From the NCBI RefSeq assembly GCF_006345805.1, contig NC_043007.1:20026001-20090000 (forward strand): a stretch of 64,000 nucleotides of DNA, in the 5' to 3' direction. This stretch comes from Octopus sinensis. Taxonomy: Eukaryota. The translations under genes and the position numbers were made by a program. The notes under the pieces are model-generated. The model did no database searches, was not told the origin of the DNA, and worked only from the letters and a program-made list of their open reading frames with translations. Shown here one piece after another: positions 34,794 through 49,391 of the stretch (position 1 is its first letter; each line of letters opens with the position of its first letter).

Positions 34794-37700
34794 GTGTGTG
34801 TGTGTGTGTATGTGTTTGTCCCTCCAACATTGCTTGACAACCGATGCTGGTGTGTTTATGTACCCATAACTTAGCGGTTCGGCAAAAGAGACCAATAGAA
34901 TAAGTACTAGGCTTACAAAGAATAAGTCCTGGGGTCGATTTGCTCGACTAAAGGCGGTGCTCCAGCATGGCCACAGTCAAATGACTGAAACAAATAAAAG
35001 AATGAAAGAAAAGAGTACTCATCTTTTGTTTTTGTTGTTGTATGGATATCAATTTCATTCTAATACTATATTATATATACTATATTCTAATACTATATTA
35101 TATATAACCTTTCCTTTAGGGCCGTGTTTGCTTACAAAGAAGTTGATTAAAAATGGTGCCAAATCTGTGATAGGAATTGAAGCAAAATTAGATTTCCAAC
35201 CATATTTACAAGTGAGTTATACCCTTATCATTTTTGTAGTTATTGCTGCATATTACATTTGATCTGCTTTTATTTCTATTACTGAGACTTTTGAGAAAAA
35301 TATGATATCACAACAAAGGAGTCTCTATAGGTCTGTTTAAACTTGCTAGAAAAAGTAACCAAATAGCACTGATGTCTCTTCAAACAGGAAAGACATGGAG
35401 AATATTGTTCAAAATATCCAAAAAGAAAAAAAAATCAAAGGGATCACAAATGATGATCATGATAATCTGATTCTCATTAATATGTTTCCTGCTAACCCTT
35501 TCGTTACCAACCTAGCTGAAACCAGCTCTGGCTCTGTAGTACAAATGTCTTGTTTTCAAAAGTTCTCATTTAAATCTTCCACCAAACCTTAGTCACAATT
35601 AATGTTCCTAACACTAGCTGAATGATAACTAAGTTATTTTACTAAATTCTTTGTTATATTTAGAATTAATTGAAAGAAACACAGAACATCCCAACAAAAA
35701 TATGGTAACAAAAGAATTAGCAAATGATTAATTTAACCCTTTTGATACCAACTTGTCTGAAACTGACTCTGGCTCTGTAGTACAAATGTCTTGTTTTCAA
35801 AAGTTCTCAATTAAAATCTTCCACCAAACCTTAGTCACAATTAATGTTCCTAACTCTAGCTTAATGATAACTCAGTTATTTTACTGAATTCTTTGTTATA
35901 TTTAAAATTAATTGAAAGAAACACAGAAAATCCCAACAAAAATATGGTAACAAAAAAATTAGCAAATGATTAATTTAACCCTTTTGATACCAACCTGCCT
36001 GAAACTGCCTCTGGCTCTGTAGTACAAATGTCTTGTTTTAAAAAATTCTGAATTAAAATCTTCCACCAAACCTTAGTCACAATTTATGTTCCTAACGCTA
36101 GCTGAATGATAACTAAGATATTTTACTAAATTCTTTGTTATATTTATAATTAATTGAAAGAAACGCAGAGCATCTCAACAGAAATATGATAACAAAAGGG
36201 TTAAAAACTTACTTCTACCTATTAATGTATAAATCATCCGACATGTATTTGAATTCTGTTCTTTATTTTAGAATACCAAACGTTTATTCAGAAGCAAATT
36301 CAGTTTCCACCTCTGGGATCCTTACATAAATGTTCTATTTGATTCCAAGAGGATGTCGATTTACATACTAAGGAAAAAGAGAGTTTTAAAGAAATAAGGC
36401 AAAAATCTTGGTGTGAAGGTAATGTTATTTCCTTTAATATGTATTGCTTTGTAAGGTGGCGAGAGCTGGCAGAAACGTTAGCATGCCAGTTCGTCTGTCA
36501 CTATGTTCTGAGTTCAAATTCCGCCGAGGTCGACTTTGCCTTTCATCCTTTCAGGGTCGATAAATTAAGTAACAGTTACGCACTGGGGTCGATATAATCG
36601 ACTTAATCCGTTTGTCCTCTCTGTGTTTGGTCCCTTGTGGGTAGTAAAGAAATAGGTATTGAAGGTGGTCAGCTGGCAGAAACGTTAGCACGCCAGGTGA
36701 AATGCTTAGCGGTATTTCATCTGCTGCAACGTTCTGAGTTCAAATTCCGCCGAGGTCGACTTTGCCTTTCATCAATTCGGGGTTGATTAAATAAGTACCA
36801 GTTACGCACTGGGGTGGATATAATTGACTTAATCCGTTTGTCTGTCCTTGTTTGTCCCCTCTGTGTTTAGCCCCTTGTGGGTAATAAAGAAATAGGTATT
36901 TCATCTGTCTTTGTGCTCTGAGTTCAAATTTTGTCGAGGTCAACTTAGCATTTTATCCTTTCTGGGTCAATAAATTAAGTACCAGTTGCATACTGGTGTT
37001 GATGTAATCGACTGGCCCCCTCCCGCCAAATTTCGGACCTTGTGTCTAGAGTAGAAAAGAATATGCATTGCTTTATAAAATGCTTACTGGCATTTCGTCT
37101 GTCTACACATTCAGAGTTCAAATTCTGCCAAAGTCAGTTTTGTTTTTCATCTTTCAGGGTCAATAATATTAAGTACCAATTGAATACTTTTTCTGGAAAA
37201 AGAGATTCAGCATGGAAAATTACATCAATACACCAAACATTAAAATTTTCCCTAAACTTTAAAATTTCCACAAGTGCAGCTAAAATAAAAAGATCCATTT
37301 ATTCTAATGTTTTAACACTTTAGCATTTAAACTGACCATATCTAGCCCAAATGTTCTACCTGTTTTATGTTTAAACTGGCCATATTCAGCCTCTCATACC
37401 CACCTTACAATGTAATTCTAAAAGTAAACAAGCATATCATTGAAATCTCTACGCAAAAAGATTACCGTAAATCCTCGAGTATAATCTGCATTTTTTTCCC
37501 AAAATTTAAAGGTCAAAATCCCTAGTGCGTACTATATATGAGGTTAAAAACGAAAAATATTTTCTAAGCAGTGTCCGAGGCTCTATTTGCTGTCCAGCAA
37601 TATTTATTCAGACGCATTTTGTGATGTCAGGTGCGAAAATACCTTAAGCTAAGCCTGAAAGCAATGAAGTCATAAAAGAATCATCCATAACTTGCTGTAA

Positions 37701-40700
37701 GCAACTTTTATAAAAATAAAAGTATTCAGAACACAGAATAACATGTAACAAAAACAATTTGCAAACATATTTACATTCCCATATAACAGTTAAGAACATC
37801 ACCATTATTGTATTACGCATGCATGGAAGTGTTTGTTCATCTAGGTGCTGCTGGCTTAATTACGCACGACTCAAGTTAGAGAAGGGGTGCGTATCATACA
37901 CAAGGTTTAGGTTTTCAGTACAATCCCCTAAAAATCCCCTGCATATTATACTCAAGGGGTAGACTATACTCGAGGATTTACGGTATGCATGATTAGTTCA
38001 AAGTCATGTGAATAAATAAGCATTACATTTGAGAGAGTAATCTGAATGCTAAAGGGTTAATGATGCTGCTACTTCACTGCCTTCAGTAATTATAATAACG
38101 AGGAGGAGGAGGAGGATTAATTTATTGTGTTACTCTCTTTTTCTCTCTTTTACTCTTTTACTTGTTTCAGTCATTTGACTGCGGCCATGCTGGAGCACCG
38201 CCTTTAGTCGAGCAAATCGACCCCGGGGACTTATTCTTTGTAAGCCCAGTACTTATTCTATTGGTCTCTTTTGCCGAACCGCTAAGTGACGGGGATGTAA
38301 ACACACCAGCATCGGTTGTCAAGCAATGCTAGGGGGACAAACACAGACACACAGACACACACACGCATACATATATATATATACATATATACGACAGGCT
38401 TCTTTCAGTTTCCGTCTACCAAATCCACTCACAAGGCATTGGTCGGCCCGGGGCTATAGCAGAAGACACATGCCCAAGGTGCCACGCTGTGGGACTGAAC
38501 CCGGAACCATGTGGTTGGTTAGCAAGCTACTTACCACACAGCCACTCCTACGCCTATAAAAATATAGGCGCCTATCCTACTGTCATCATTGTCTTCATCA
38601 CTGTCACCCTTATTCTTATTGTCATTGTTGAAGTAAATCTAAAAATCTGAAAAAATAAACAGCAGGAAAGTAATTGAATGTTTTTTCTTTTTCTCTCCTT
38701 TTAGAACCTTATGCCAGTATATTTGGAATCTTGACACCCAGCAAAGCAAGATATTTCATAAGTTTAATGATTAACTGTCTTGGTACGAAAGAAAGTATCT
38801 ATAGTTTGGGACGCCCAGAACTATTTCTTTTGGTCCCTGCCCGTAATTACAAAGTAAGTGAGTTCAAATCAGTGTCATCATTTTATTGTTTTCAATTTTT
38901 ATCTATGTTTAAATTTGTCATGTTTAAATTTTTTCTGAGAGAGAAACTTCCTTTGTCTTCGGGTCTTGTAGCTCTTTTCTGATGATTTACTTCAGTAAAC
39001 TGTATCATTGTTGAACTACTGCCTCTTAGCTATGGATGGGTATCCATTATTTCCCCAACAATATAGAGTTAATTATCAACCATCATACAAACAATAACTC
39101 TGAGCACCTTTTCAAACTCCACCTGTCTAACACCCGTGGACATATTTACAAAGTCAGAAAACAGCGCAGCTCCCATGACTTCAGGAGACATTTTTTCATG
39201 CTGAGAGTTGCTGAAGCATGGAACAAACTGCCAGCATCAGTTGTTAGTTGTCGGAGCACTGCATCCTTCAAAACTTCCATGCTTCCTGAGATTCGCCAAC
39301 ACTACACCTGATTTTCCCCCCGCCATACGCACACAAGCATGTATCTGACTCATACACTGTTCACTTTCCAGACATTTGTACATTACTGCATATGCTTTAT
39401 ACGCACTTTTGATAAGTTGTGGTACACCTGAGCACTGTATACAATAATTTCATTATTATTATTATTATCATTATTATTATTATACATACATACATCCTTC
39501 AAAAGTCAGAGCACTGCATCCTTCAAGACTTCCATGCTTCCTGAGATTCGCCAACACTACACCTGATTTTCTCTCCTCCATACACACGCAAGCATGTATC
39601 TGACTCATACACTGTTCACTTCCCAGACATTTGTACATTACTGCATATGCGTTATATGCACTTTTGACAAGTTGTGGTGCACCTGAGCACTGTATACAAT
39701 AATTTCATTATTATTATTATTATATTATTATTATTATTATTATCTACATTTTAAAGATTATTGTATTATATGGCATATAAGACACCTTTTTTTTAGAGAA
39801 AAGAATCACCCTGGGACCTATATTTAAAGTTGGATCTATGCTTTAATATATTAAAACTTTCTTTTCCTGAATATGTGCTGCTGAAATTGGGGCGCATCTA
39901 ATACACCCTTTGTATTTTTATGCCATCAAATGCAGTGAGTGTATATATGGCGGACTGGATCTTAAAAATTTTGGTTGCCAGGAGACTAAGAGGGGCCCAC
40001 CTGCAACTACAAGGGGGCCCACCCGCAACTACAATGCTATCATTTAATTTTTTTTTTTTTTTGTCAAAGGTATTCTTTTCAACTGCCTACAAACAGGCAA
40101 ACTGAAATAATAATGCATTCTTCCAGGAGTGAATAAAAAAATTCTCAAACTAAAGGGGCCCCTTAGATACTAACATGGGCTCCCATATATGGATTCTAAT
40201 GGTGTAGGGGACCCACTTGCCATCAGGCATGCTGGCATCCTGGCCAGTCCATCACTGTATATATATATATATATATATATATCAGATGCCATGATAGATC
40301 GTTAGCCACTACACACACATTTTTTCTCTCCTTGTTTTTTCTGTCCCTTTCTGTAGAAGAGCGTAGGCTCGAAACGTAAAAGACTTTTTCTATTCCTGAG
40401 CGTTATACTAATACATCTGTTTGTTTTGTACACCACCTGTCTTCGTCTTTTGTTTTTTACGTAAACTTACCCCTATATATATATAAGTGAAAACAAATCA
40501 AAATCGCTGACGTGGCTGATAACAGTACCACCTGATTGCCACTTGTGAGAGAAACCAGGGTGGTCACAGGTGGGTTGTATTCTTTAATTATTTTTCAATG
40601 TGGGCTTAGGAGTGGCTGTGTGGTAAGTAGCTTGCTTATGAACCACATGGTTCTGGGTTCAGTCTCACTGCATAGCACCTCGGGCAACTGTCTTCTACTA

Positions 40701-40775
40701 TAGCCTTGGGCCGACCAAAGCCTTGTGAGTGGATTTGGTAGACGGAAACTGAAAGAAGCCTGTCATATATGTGTA

Positions 40776-40808
<33 letters not shown>

Positions 40809-43800
40809 GTTAAAAGCACTTCCAAGCATGATCGTTGCCAGGGCCACAGATTGGCATTAGTGAAAGACTCATGTCATTGCGCATCTGCATTGGTGAAAAT
40901 AAATATTCAACTATTTTCAGTTGCTCTGCTCCAACCATGAAGTGGTCAAAGAGCAGTTCTATTCTGAGCTACATAGCCACTTGAGAGGTGTCTCCATTCG
41001 TGATAAACTTCTCATCTTTGGTGATTTCAATCTGGTGATTTTATCTGCTGAGTTCGTCAGATCCAGAGCCAAGTTCTAACTAACCAAGAGTTACGTCCCT
41101 TTAGCTACCTTTCCCTGGTTTATCTGCTGAGTCTGTCAGATCCATGGACCTGGGTTTCTGGGTATCACGTCAGGTCGATGATGGGAAGGATGGCTTCCCT
41201 TTGCAAATACTGATAGGGCACAGAAAGTGTGTCAATAGCCAGCTGGAGAAGATGTTCTCCTGGAGCTACAAGCTACAGTAGCATCCACCCTTAGTGGTTA
41301 GCCACATTTAAGTGGCAAATATACTTCACATTGTCGTGCAGTTACTGTCTATACCTCGTTCAGAGATTTATTATTGATTAGTGTTTTGTTATGGTTTAAT
41401 TGTTTTACCAAATTTTTATTGAAACACATTACCATCTTTTCACATAGTTTTTAAAATACTGAAGAATTTAGTAAAATGATTTTATCATTATTAAGTTTGG
41501 AACGTAAAATATGAAGTATTGATGGAAGGTTTTAATTGAGATCACTTTAAACAAGGTGTTTATATGAGAGAACCCAGGGTGGTCACAGGTGGATTGGTAA
41601 CAAAAGGATTAAGTATTCTTTAATTTCTTTTCAATGTGGGTGTAGGAGTGGCTGTGTGGTAAGTAGCTTGCTTATGAACCACATGGTTCTGGGTTCAGTC
41701 CCACTGCATAGCACCTTGGGCAAGTATCTTCTACTATAGCCTCGGGCCAACCAAAGCCTTGTGAGTGGATTTGGTAGACGGAAACTGAAAGAAGCCCATT
41801 GTATACTCTTTTACTCTTTTATATGTGTATATTTATATATGTGTGTGTATATGTTTGTGTGTCTGTGCTTGTCCCCGCAACATCGCTTGACAACTGATGC
41901 TGGTGTGTTTACGTCCCCATAACTTAGTGGTTCGGCAAAAAGAGACCACTAGAATAAGTCCTGGGGTCGATTTGCTCGACTAAAGGCGATGCTCCAGCAT
42001 GGCCACAGTCAAATGACTGAAACAAGTAAAATAGTAATGCATTTTTTTTCCCCTTGTTTTCCTTTCAGACGCTGAATATGAAGTTTCCCAATACAAATTA
42101 CCTTTTCTACAGAAAAACAAGTTCTGTTTTAAATTTATTTTTTGACATTGAATTGCTGATGGAGGTAAGATATTGTTCATATTCATGATTTGTCATTTAA
42201 ATTGTTTGTTTTTGTTTGGTTATTGTTGTTGTTGTTGAGCCCCTGGATAAGCCATGACTGAGAAGACCTATGACTGAAAAAGGGATACAGCCATGACCAT
42301 CTTGTTTGCTTTCTTTCAGTGGCATGGACCTTCTAATCTTACTGGGCACTGCATAAGCTTGGATGGTGCTCTTGGTGCTCCACTAGCACGGATGCCAGTC
42401 ATCAAATTTGATTTCGATTTCACTTGCCTCAACAAGTCTTTGCAAGCAGAGTTTAGTGTCCAATGAAGGAAAGGTACGCATAACTGGGCTGGTTACACCC
42501 CTGGCATAGGCTATGAGATTATGGTCTCATTTGGCTTGCTGGGTCCTCTCAAGCACAGCATATTTCCAAAAGTCTCAGTTACAAGTCATTGCCTTGGTGA
42601 GGCCTAATGTTCGAAGGTCATGCTTCACCATTTCATCCCAGGTCTTCCTGGGTCTACCTCTTCCGCAGGTTCCCTCAACCGTTAGGGTGTGGCACTTTTC
42701 ACACAGCTATCCTCATCCATTCTCGCCACATGGCCATACCAGCGCAATCGTCTTTCTTGCACACTACATCTCATGCTTCTTAGGTCCAACTTTTCTCTCA
42801 AGGTACTTACACTCTGTCAAGTATGCACACTGACATCAGCACCATCACTTCTACACTGTATCTCTGTAGGGATTATCTCTGTAGGGATTATCTCATAGTA
42901 AAGTGAAACTTCATGGTCAACATTCCATCACTTATGTCATCCTGTATTGCATCTCATTGCAAACTACACCACCCTATGGTTCTGTTGCTCCCCGTTTTTA
43001 CTGGACTTAGCAAAATGGATTTCTCTACTGTTCGCAACTGGAACGACTAAATCGTTTGCTTTCAGTTTGTGTCTCTAAATAGGAATATAAAATATTCCTA
43101 AAGAGGAATATAAAATAGTGAGTATACATCAATCGTTCATCATCATCATCATTGACCTCCGCTCCCTCCTCCTCTCCTCCTCTCCCTCCTCATCCTCATC
43201 ATCCATGATAGATCGGTAGCCACTACACACATTTTTTTTCTCTCCTTGTTTTTTTCTGTGTCCCTTTCTGTAGAAGAGCGTAGGCTCGAAACATAAAATA
43301 CTTTTTCTATTCCTGAGCGTTATACTAATACATCTGTTTGTTTTGTACACCACCTATCTTCGTCTTTTGTTTTTTTCGTAAACACTCCCTATATATATAC
43401 ACCCACACGTGTATATGCGTTATTGAAATCGGCAGAACAAAGTGCTTTGGGGCATTTCTTCCGGTTTTAGTTCGGAGTTCAAATCCTGCCGAAGTCGACT
43501 TTACGCCCAACCTTTCAGGATCGATAAAAAGCCGTTAAGCACTGGAGTCGATGTAATCAACAATAAACTCCGCCGCCAAATTTTCAGGTTTTGTGCTTAT
43601 TGAAAAAAGAAAGGACTATGAAATCTTGCTTTATCCGGATTTTTTTTAATATATAAAATATCTGCAACAACATGATTTTCTTTTAGGTCTCAAATGACAA
43701 CTGAATATTGATGACATCAACTTCATCAGCCTCATCAATCTGAAGCGGGGTGGGGTCCTTTTGCAGTATCAAGCTCTTCTGATAGCAGTTACTTCCCCTT

Positions 43801-46800
43801 GAATTATGTTGCAGCATTGTTAAAAATTCTCATCTGTAAATTTGAAAATAGTGTAAAATATACAAGAAATAGTGGTCAAACTCTAGTTTCAGACCCAGTC
43901 AAGAAAATTCGTTTTTAAATAGTGCAATAGGTGTATAATAATGTGTGGTAAACGAATATGAAGAAAAAAAATTTGCACCGACGAATAAAGGAGTGGTGAA
44001 ACTCGGAACATTCCCAATGTGAATTTTCCAAGTCCTTTCCCCACCCTGTTCGTCAGCATGCAATTGATGTATACTCACTATTTATATTCGTTCAATACGT
44101 GTGGTTTTACACCTATTATGCTATTTGTTTTTCATTTTTTAGACTGGGTCTGAAACTAGAGATTAACTGAAAAAGTATATCTGTAACGAGATATTGGCAT
44201 TTGAGGGAGGATCTCTGATTAACAAAAGAGGGAAGAGCAGCACTTGTAACTCTTTATTTTCTCAGGGGCCCTCCAAGATTTGTAGGAAGAAGTTACCCTC
44301 AAAGAGGAGAAAAAGCTTTACAAAAATTCTACGAATTAGGCGCAGGAGTGGCTGTGTGGTAAGTAGCTTGTTTACCAACCAGATGGCTCCGGGTTCAGTC
44401 CCACTGCATGGCACCTTGGGCAAGTGTCTTCTACTATAGCCTTGGGCCAACTGAAGCCTTGTGAGTGGATTTGGCAGACGGAAACTGAAAGAAGCCCGTC
44501 GTATATATGTATATATATATATGCATATGTGTGTGTTTGTGTGTCTGTGTTTGTCCCCCTAGCATTGCTTGACAACCGATGCTGGCGTGTTTATGTCCCC
44601 GTTACTTAGCGGTTCGGCAAAAGAAACCGATAGAATAAGTACTGGGCTTACAAAAGAATAAGTCCCGAGGTCGAGTTGCTCGATTAAAAGGTTGTGCTCC
44701 AGCATGGCCGCAGTCAAATGACTGAAACAAGTAAAAGATAAAAAAAAAAAGAGATATAAAACACAACAGAAAAACTATTGTAGTGGTGAGCTGGCAGAAA
44801 CATTAGCACGCCGGGCGAAATGCTTAGCGGTATTTCGTCTGCCACTATGTTCTGAGTTCAAACTCTGCCGAGGTCGACTTTACCTTTCATCCTTTCAAGG
44901 TCGATAAATTAAGTACCAGTTATGCACTGGGGTCAATGTAATCGACTTAATCCCTTTGTCTGTCCTTGTTTGTCCCCTCTATGTTTATCCCCTTGTGGGC
45001 AATAAAGAAATAAGAAATACTATTGTAGCGTGGAAGGTGTTTATAAGCCATTTAAAACACAAAAACCGTTAGATTCACTTCAGCATTTAAATTTAATTTG
45101 CCAAAATATTTTCATCAAAATTCCGTGCTGCATCAGATGCAGCACAAATTTTGTCAGTGAACAGGTCTTGGTTGCAAATTGACAAAAACATTTTGGCAAA
45201 TTGAATTTAAATGTTGAAGTGAATCTAACGGTTTTTGTGTGTTTCTTAAACAGCTTATAAACACCTTCCACGCTGCAATTGTTTTCATTCCAGCACACAA
45301 TCTGAGATCAGGTCACTTGCTATGCAAGTACATCTCTAGAAATACTATTTTCCTTCAATTATCTCCAGCTCCAACAACAATTCTGCTTCACCTCCTACAA
45401 CAGAAACAAAAACTAAAGCATAATATACAAAATATACAACAGCATAAAGTAGCCAACACTCACTATATATCTTATAAAAAAATATTAAATGCTAGCAAGG
45501 ACACAGTATTTCATTTTGCAACCATAATATACCACCAAGTATATTAAAGGTTTGTAAGTTAATATTGCACCTTACTTTTGTGTTAGCAATGTCATCTCAT
45601 ATTTTAAAGTTTATTGCTGAATTCTAATGAAAACCTGTGGAGATAAACTTGAAGATATATACATGGTTTAAAGGCATGCAACAGAGTGAACTCTGCTAAA
45701 GATACCCAGGGGTCAATTAGTGTTGTTAAGATTACGAATAAGGATGTAACAAAGTGCCTAGCTTGATGCTATTGTCTGTCCACTTGTATTGTTTCCATCT
45801 ACCAAATCCACTCACAGGGCTTTGGTCGGCCTGAGGCTATAGTGGAAGACACTTGCCCAAGGTGCCACACATTGGGACCGAACCCAGAGCCATGTGGTTC
45901 ATAAGCAAGCTACTTATCACACAATCACTCCTGCACCTATTATGTATTGTTAGTTTGTTTTTTTTTCTTTGTTCTGTTGTCATGCTCTATTTGTGTTTGC
46001 ATATCTTTTATGAGATCTTTATACTAGAAACCTGCCTGCTTTGCATAGTATATGACCACCACCATAGTTTGACCCGTTTTGCTTTGTCAGGGCATAATTT
46101 GTGATTTACGGTTTTGTGTTTGGGTTGCACATTCAGCTCTTGCATTACTGTAATGTAATTGTTGCTACACTTAATAATGAAGTTTTTCACTTTCATAAAA
46201 GTGTCTTTCTAGGCTAACCTTAAGTATTATATAGCTGCATATATCTTTCTTTTTGTAAGACAGTTGGATATGGAATGCCTTGTGGTGTCTATTCAAGCCC
46301 TGTGTTCCATGTTCAAATCTTGTCACTTCAGTAAAAAATGGTGACACTTCTGTTAGGCTAATGAAGCCAAAGCTTATTTGGATTTTCCAGGTGTTTAGGC
46401 TGTGAGTACAAGACTTTTCTCCTAAGTGGAAATGCTAGTTATCACAGGATTAAAAAAACAAATTTTTTTTATGGGTCCGGTTTCTGTGGTGTATGTGTTC
46501 CCTCCAGGTGGATGGGATGCCAGTCCATCACAGTGTTACTCAAGAAACAGGAAGAAAGAGTGAGAGAAAGTTAGGGCAAAAGAGCATATTCATCATCATC
46601 ATCATCATTGTTTAACGTCCGCTTTCCATGCTGTCATGGGTTAGACGGTTTGCCTGAGGTCTTGCAAGCCAGTGGGTTGCACCAGGCTCCAATCTGATCT
46701 GGCAATGTTTCTTATTTCTTGGATGGTAGTCGACCATCCAAATTCCGCCGAGGTCAACTTTGCCTTTCGTCCTTTCAGGGTCGACGCACTGGGGTCAATA

Positions 46801-49360
46801 TAATCGACTTAATTCCTTTGTCTGTACTTGTTTGTCCCCTCTGTGTTTAGCCCCTTGTGGGCAATAAAGAAATAAGAAACTGAAAGAAGCCAGCGAGCTG
46901 GCAGAATCGTTAGTACGCCGGGCGAAATGCGTAGCCGTATTTCATCTGCCGTTATGTTCTGAGCTCAAATTCCACCAAGGTCGACTTTGCCTTTCATCCT
47001 TTCGGGGTCGATAAATTAAGTACCAGTTACACACTGAGGTCGATATAATCGACTTAATCTGTTTGTCTGTCCTTGTTTGTCCCCTCTATGTTTAGCCCCT
47101 TATGGGTAGTAAAGAAATAGGTATTTCGTCTGCTGCTGTATTCTGAGTTCAAATTCCGCCAAAGTTGACTTTGCCTTTCATCTTTTCGGGGTCGATAAAT
47201 AAAGTACCAGTTACGCACTGGGGTTGATATAATCGACTTAATCCATTTGTCTGTCCTTGTTTGTCCTCTCTGTGTTTAGCCCCTTGTGGGTAGTAAAGAA
47301 ATAAGAAACTGAAACAAGCCCATTGTGTGTATGTATATGTTATTGTCACCTTGCTTGACATTGCATGGTAGTTGTAAACAAGTCTCACTGTCATGCAAGC
47401 AGTGTCCTTTGTTTCCACTCTTCCATAAAAACAAAAATAACATTACTTTATTTGGAAACAGATGTAGGGTGGGGGTGAGACAAGAAGATCACATGGCTAT
47501 AGAAGATCTGCCTTGACAAATTCTATCTGACCCCTGTGAGCATGGAAAAAAAACTTGATGTTAAAACAATGACAATAACAGTTTAATAAATTTTAAATTT
47601 TAAATATGTGCACTCAAAGCAGAGACCTCACTCTCCAGTGGGCCCTCTTCGCAACCCTCACACAAACCAGATCACTGACGACCCCAAGGAATGCGCAGAA
47701 CTCATTGCTGAGTACTATGCAAACATATTCACTGTTGAAAGTCAAAATGTACCATCTTCACCATCACTAACAGCAAACTCCATAACAACTATGGAATTTA
47801 CACCTGCAATGCTGCGACGTCACCTTCAAAATAAGCGCAACTATGCCTCCCCTGGTCTCGATGGAGTTACATACCTGCTTCTCAAACGTGGCAGGCACTT
47901 CCTTTTACACCAGCTTTCTATTTTCTTCCAGTACTGTCTCAACAATGGTGCTACTCCGGAGCAGTGGAAAACTGCCAGTGTCATTCCTCTGTTCAAAAAG
48001 GGCGACCGCACATCACCTGTCAACTATCGCCCAGTCAGTCTCACTAGCTGTATTGCAAAACTGATGGAATCGTGTGTCAGAGAAACACTCTGGAACTTCT
48101 GGAGCTCTCACAGTCTCATCCGACCCTCACAATATGGATTTGTCCCTAACTCCAGCTGCAGTGACCAGCTTGTCGAGTTCCTTGAGGACATTACTCAGAT
48201 TACTGACAGTGGCTCATGGGTGGATGTTGTCTACCTTGACTTTGCTAAGGCTTTCAACTCTGTGCCACACAAAAGGCTTATGGTGAAACTCTCTGCAATG
48301 GGTGTGGGGGATGACCTTTTTAACTGGTTGAAATCCTTCATCCTCAGCCGAAAGGAGGTAGTCACAGTTCTAGGACAGCACTCTACACCATATGAGATGT
48401 CATCGGGTGTACCACAGGGATCTGTCCTTGGTCCCCTCTTGTTTGTGGCATACATTAACGACATAGATGCCAATTTAAAGAATGCCACAGTATTGAAATA
48501 TGCAGACGACATCAAGCTGTACCTTGAAATCAAGAGGACAGATCCTGATGTCTACAACTCTTTCCTGCAATCAGACCTAGACACAATGCAGCAATGGATC
48601 ACAGACTGGCAACTGAAACTGGCTGTGGACAAGTGTACCACCATGCATTTTGGGAGAAAAAACCCTGCGTTCACTTACTCCCTCCACAACACTGATATCA
48701 AGAAATCCTCTTGCGAGCGTGACCTAGGCATCACTGTCAGCAGTGATTTGCGTTGGTCAAAGCATATCTCTAAGATTGTCAGGAAGGCCGAGGGTGTCTT
48801 GGCATCACTCAGCAGGTCTTTTGTTAGCCGCTCTCCAGCCATCTATTTAAAACTGTATACAGCTATGGTACGACCACACTTGGAATTCGCATCATCAGTT
48901 TGGAACCCCTATCTTGCACAGAACATTAACCTCCTGGAATCTGTCCAGAGACGTGCAACCAAACGCATACCCTCCATCAGACACCTACCATATTCTGAGC
49001 GCCTTGTTTCCCTGGGCATGGATTCACTGAAGCTCCGGCGTTTGGCGACGGACTTGGTAAACACCCACAAAGTTATCAACCACCTCACCAACAACAACAC
49101 TGAACACCTTTTTGATCTCCATGTGTCTAACACACGTGGACATGCCTACAAAGTCAGAAAACAATACAGCTCCCATGACTTTCGGAAACATTTTTTCACG
49201 CTCAGAGTTGCTGAAGCATGGAATAAACTGCCTGCGTCAGTTGTTGACTGCCATGACACTGCATCTTTTAAGGCCCTCATGCTTTCCGAAATCCGCCGAA
49301 ACTACACCTGATTATATATACACTTTAGATGAGTTGTAGTGCACCTGAGCACTGTACACA

Positions 49361-49391
<31 letters not shown>

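Noticed and set aside
41020-41070. CTGACGA...GAAA on the minus strand
   Set aside because: No pairing for stems I, II or III
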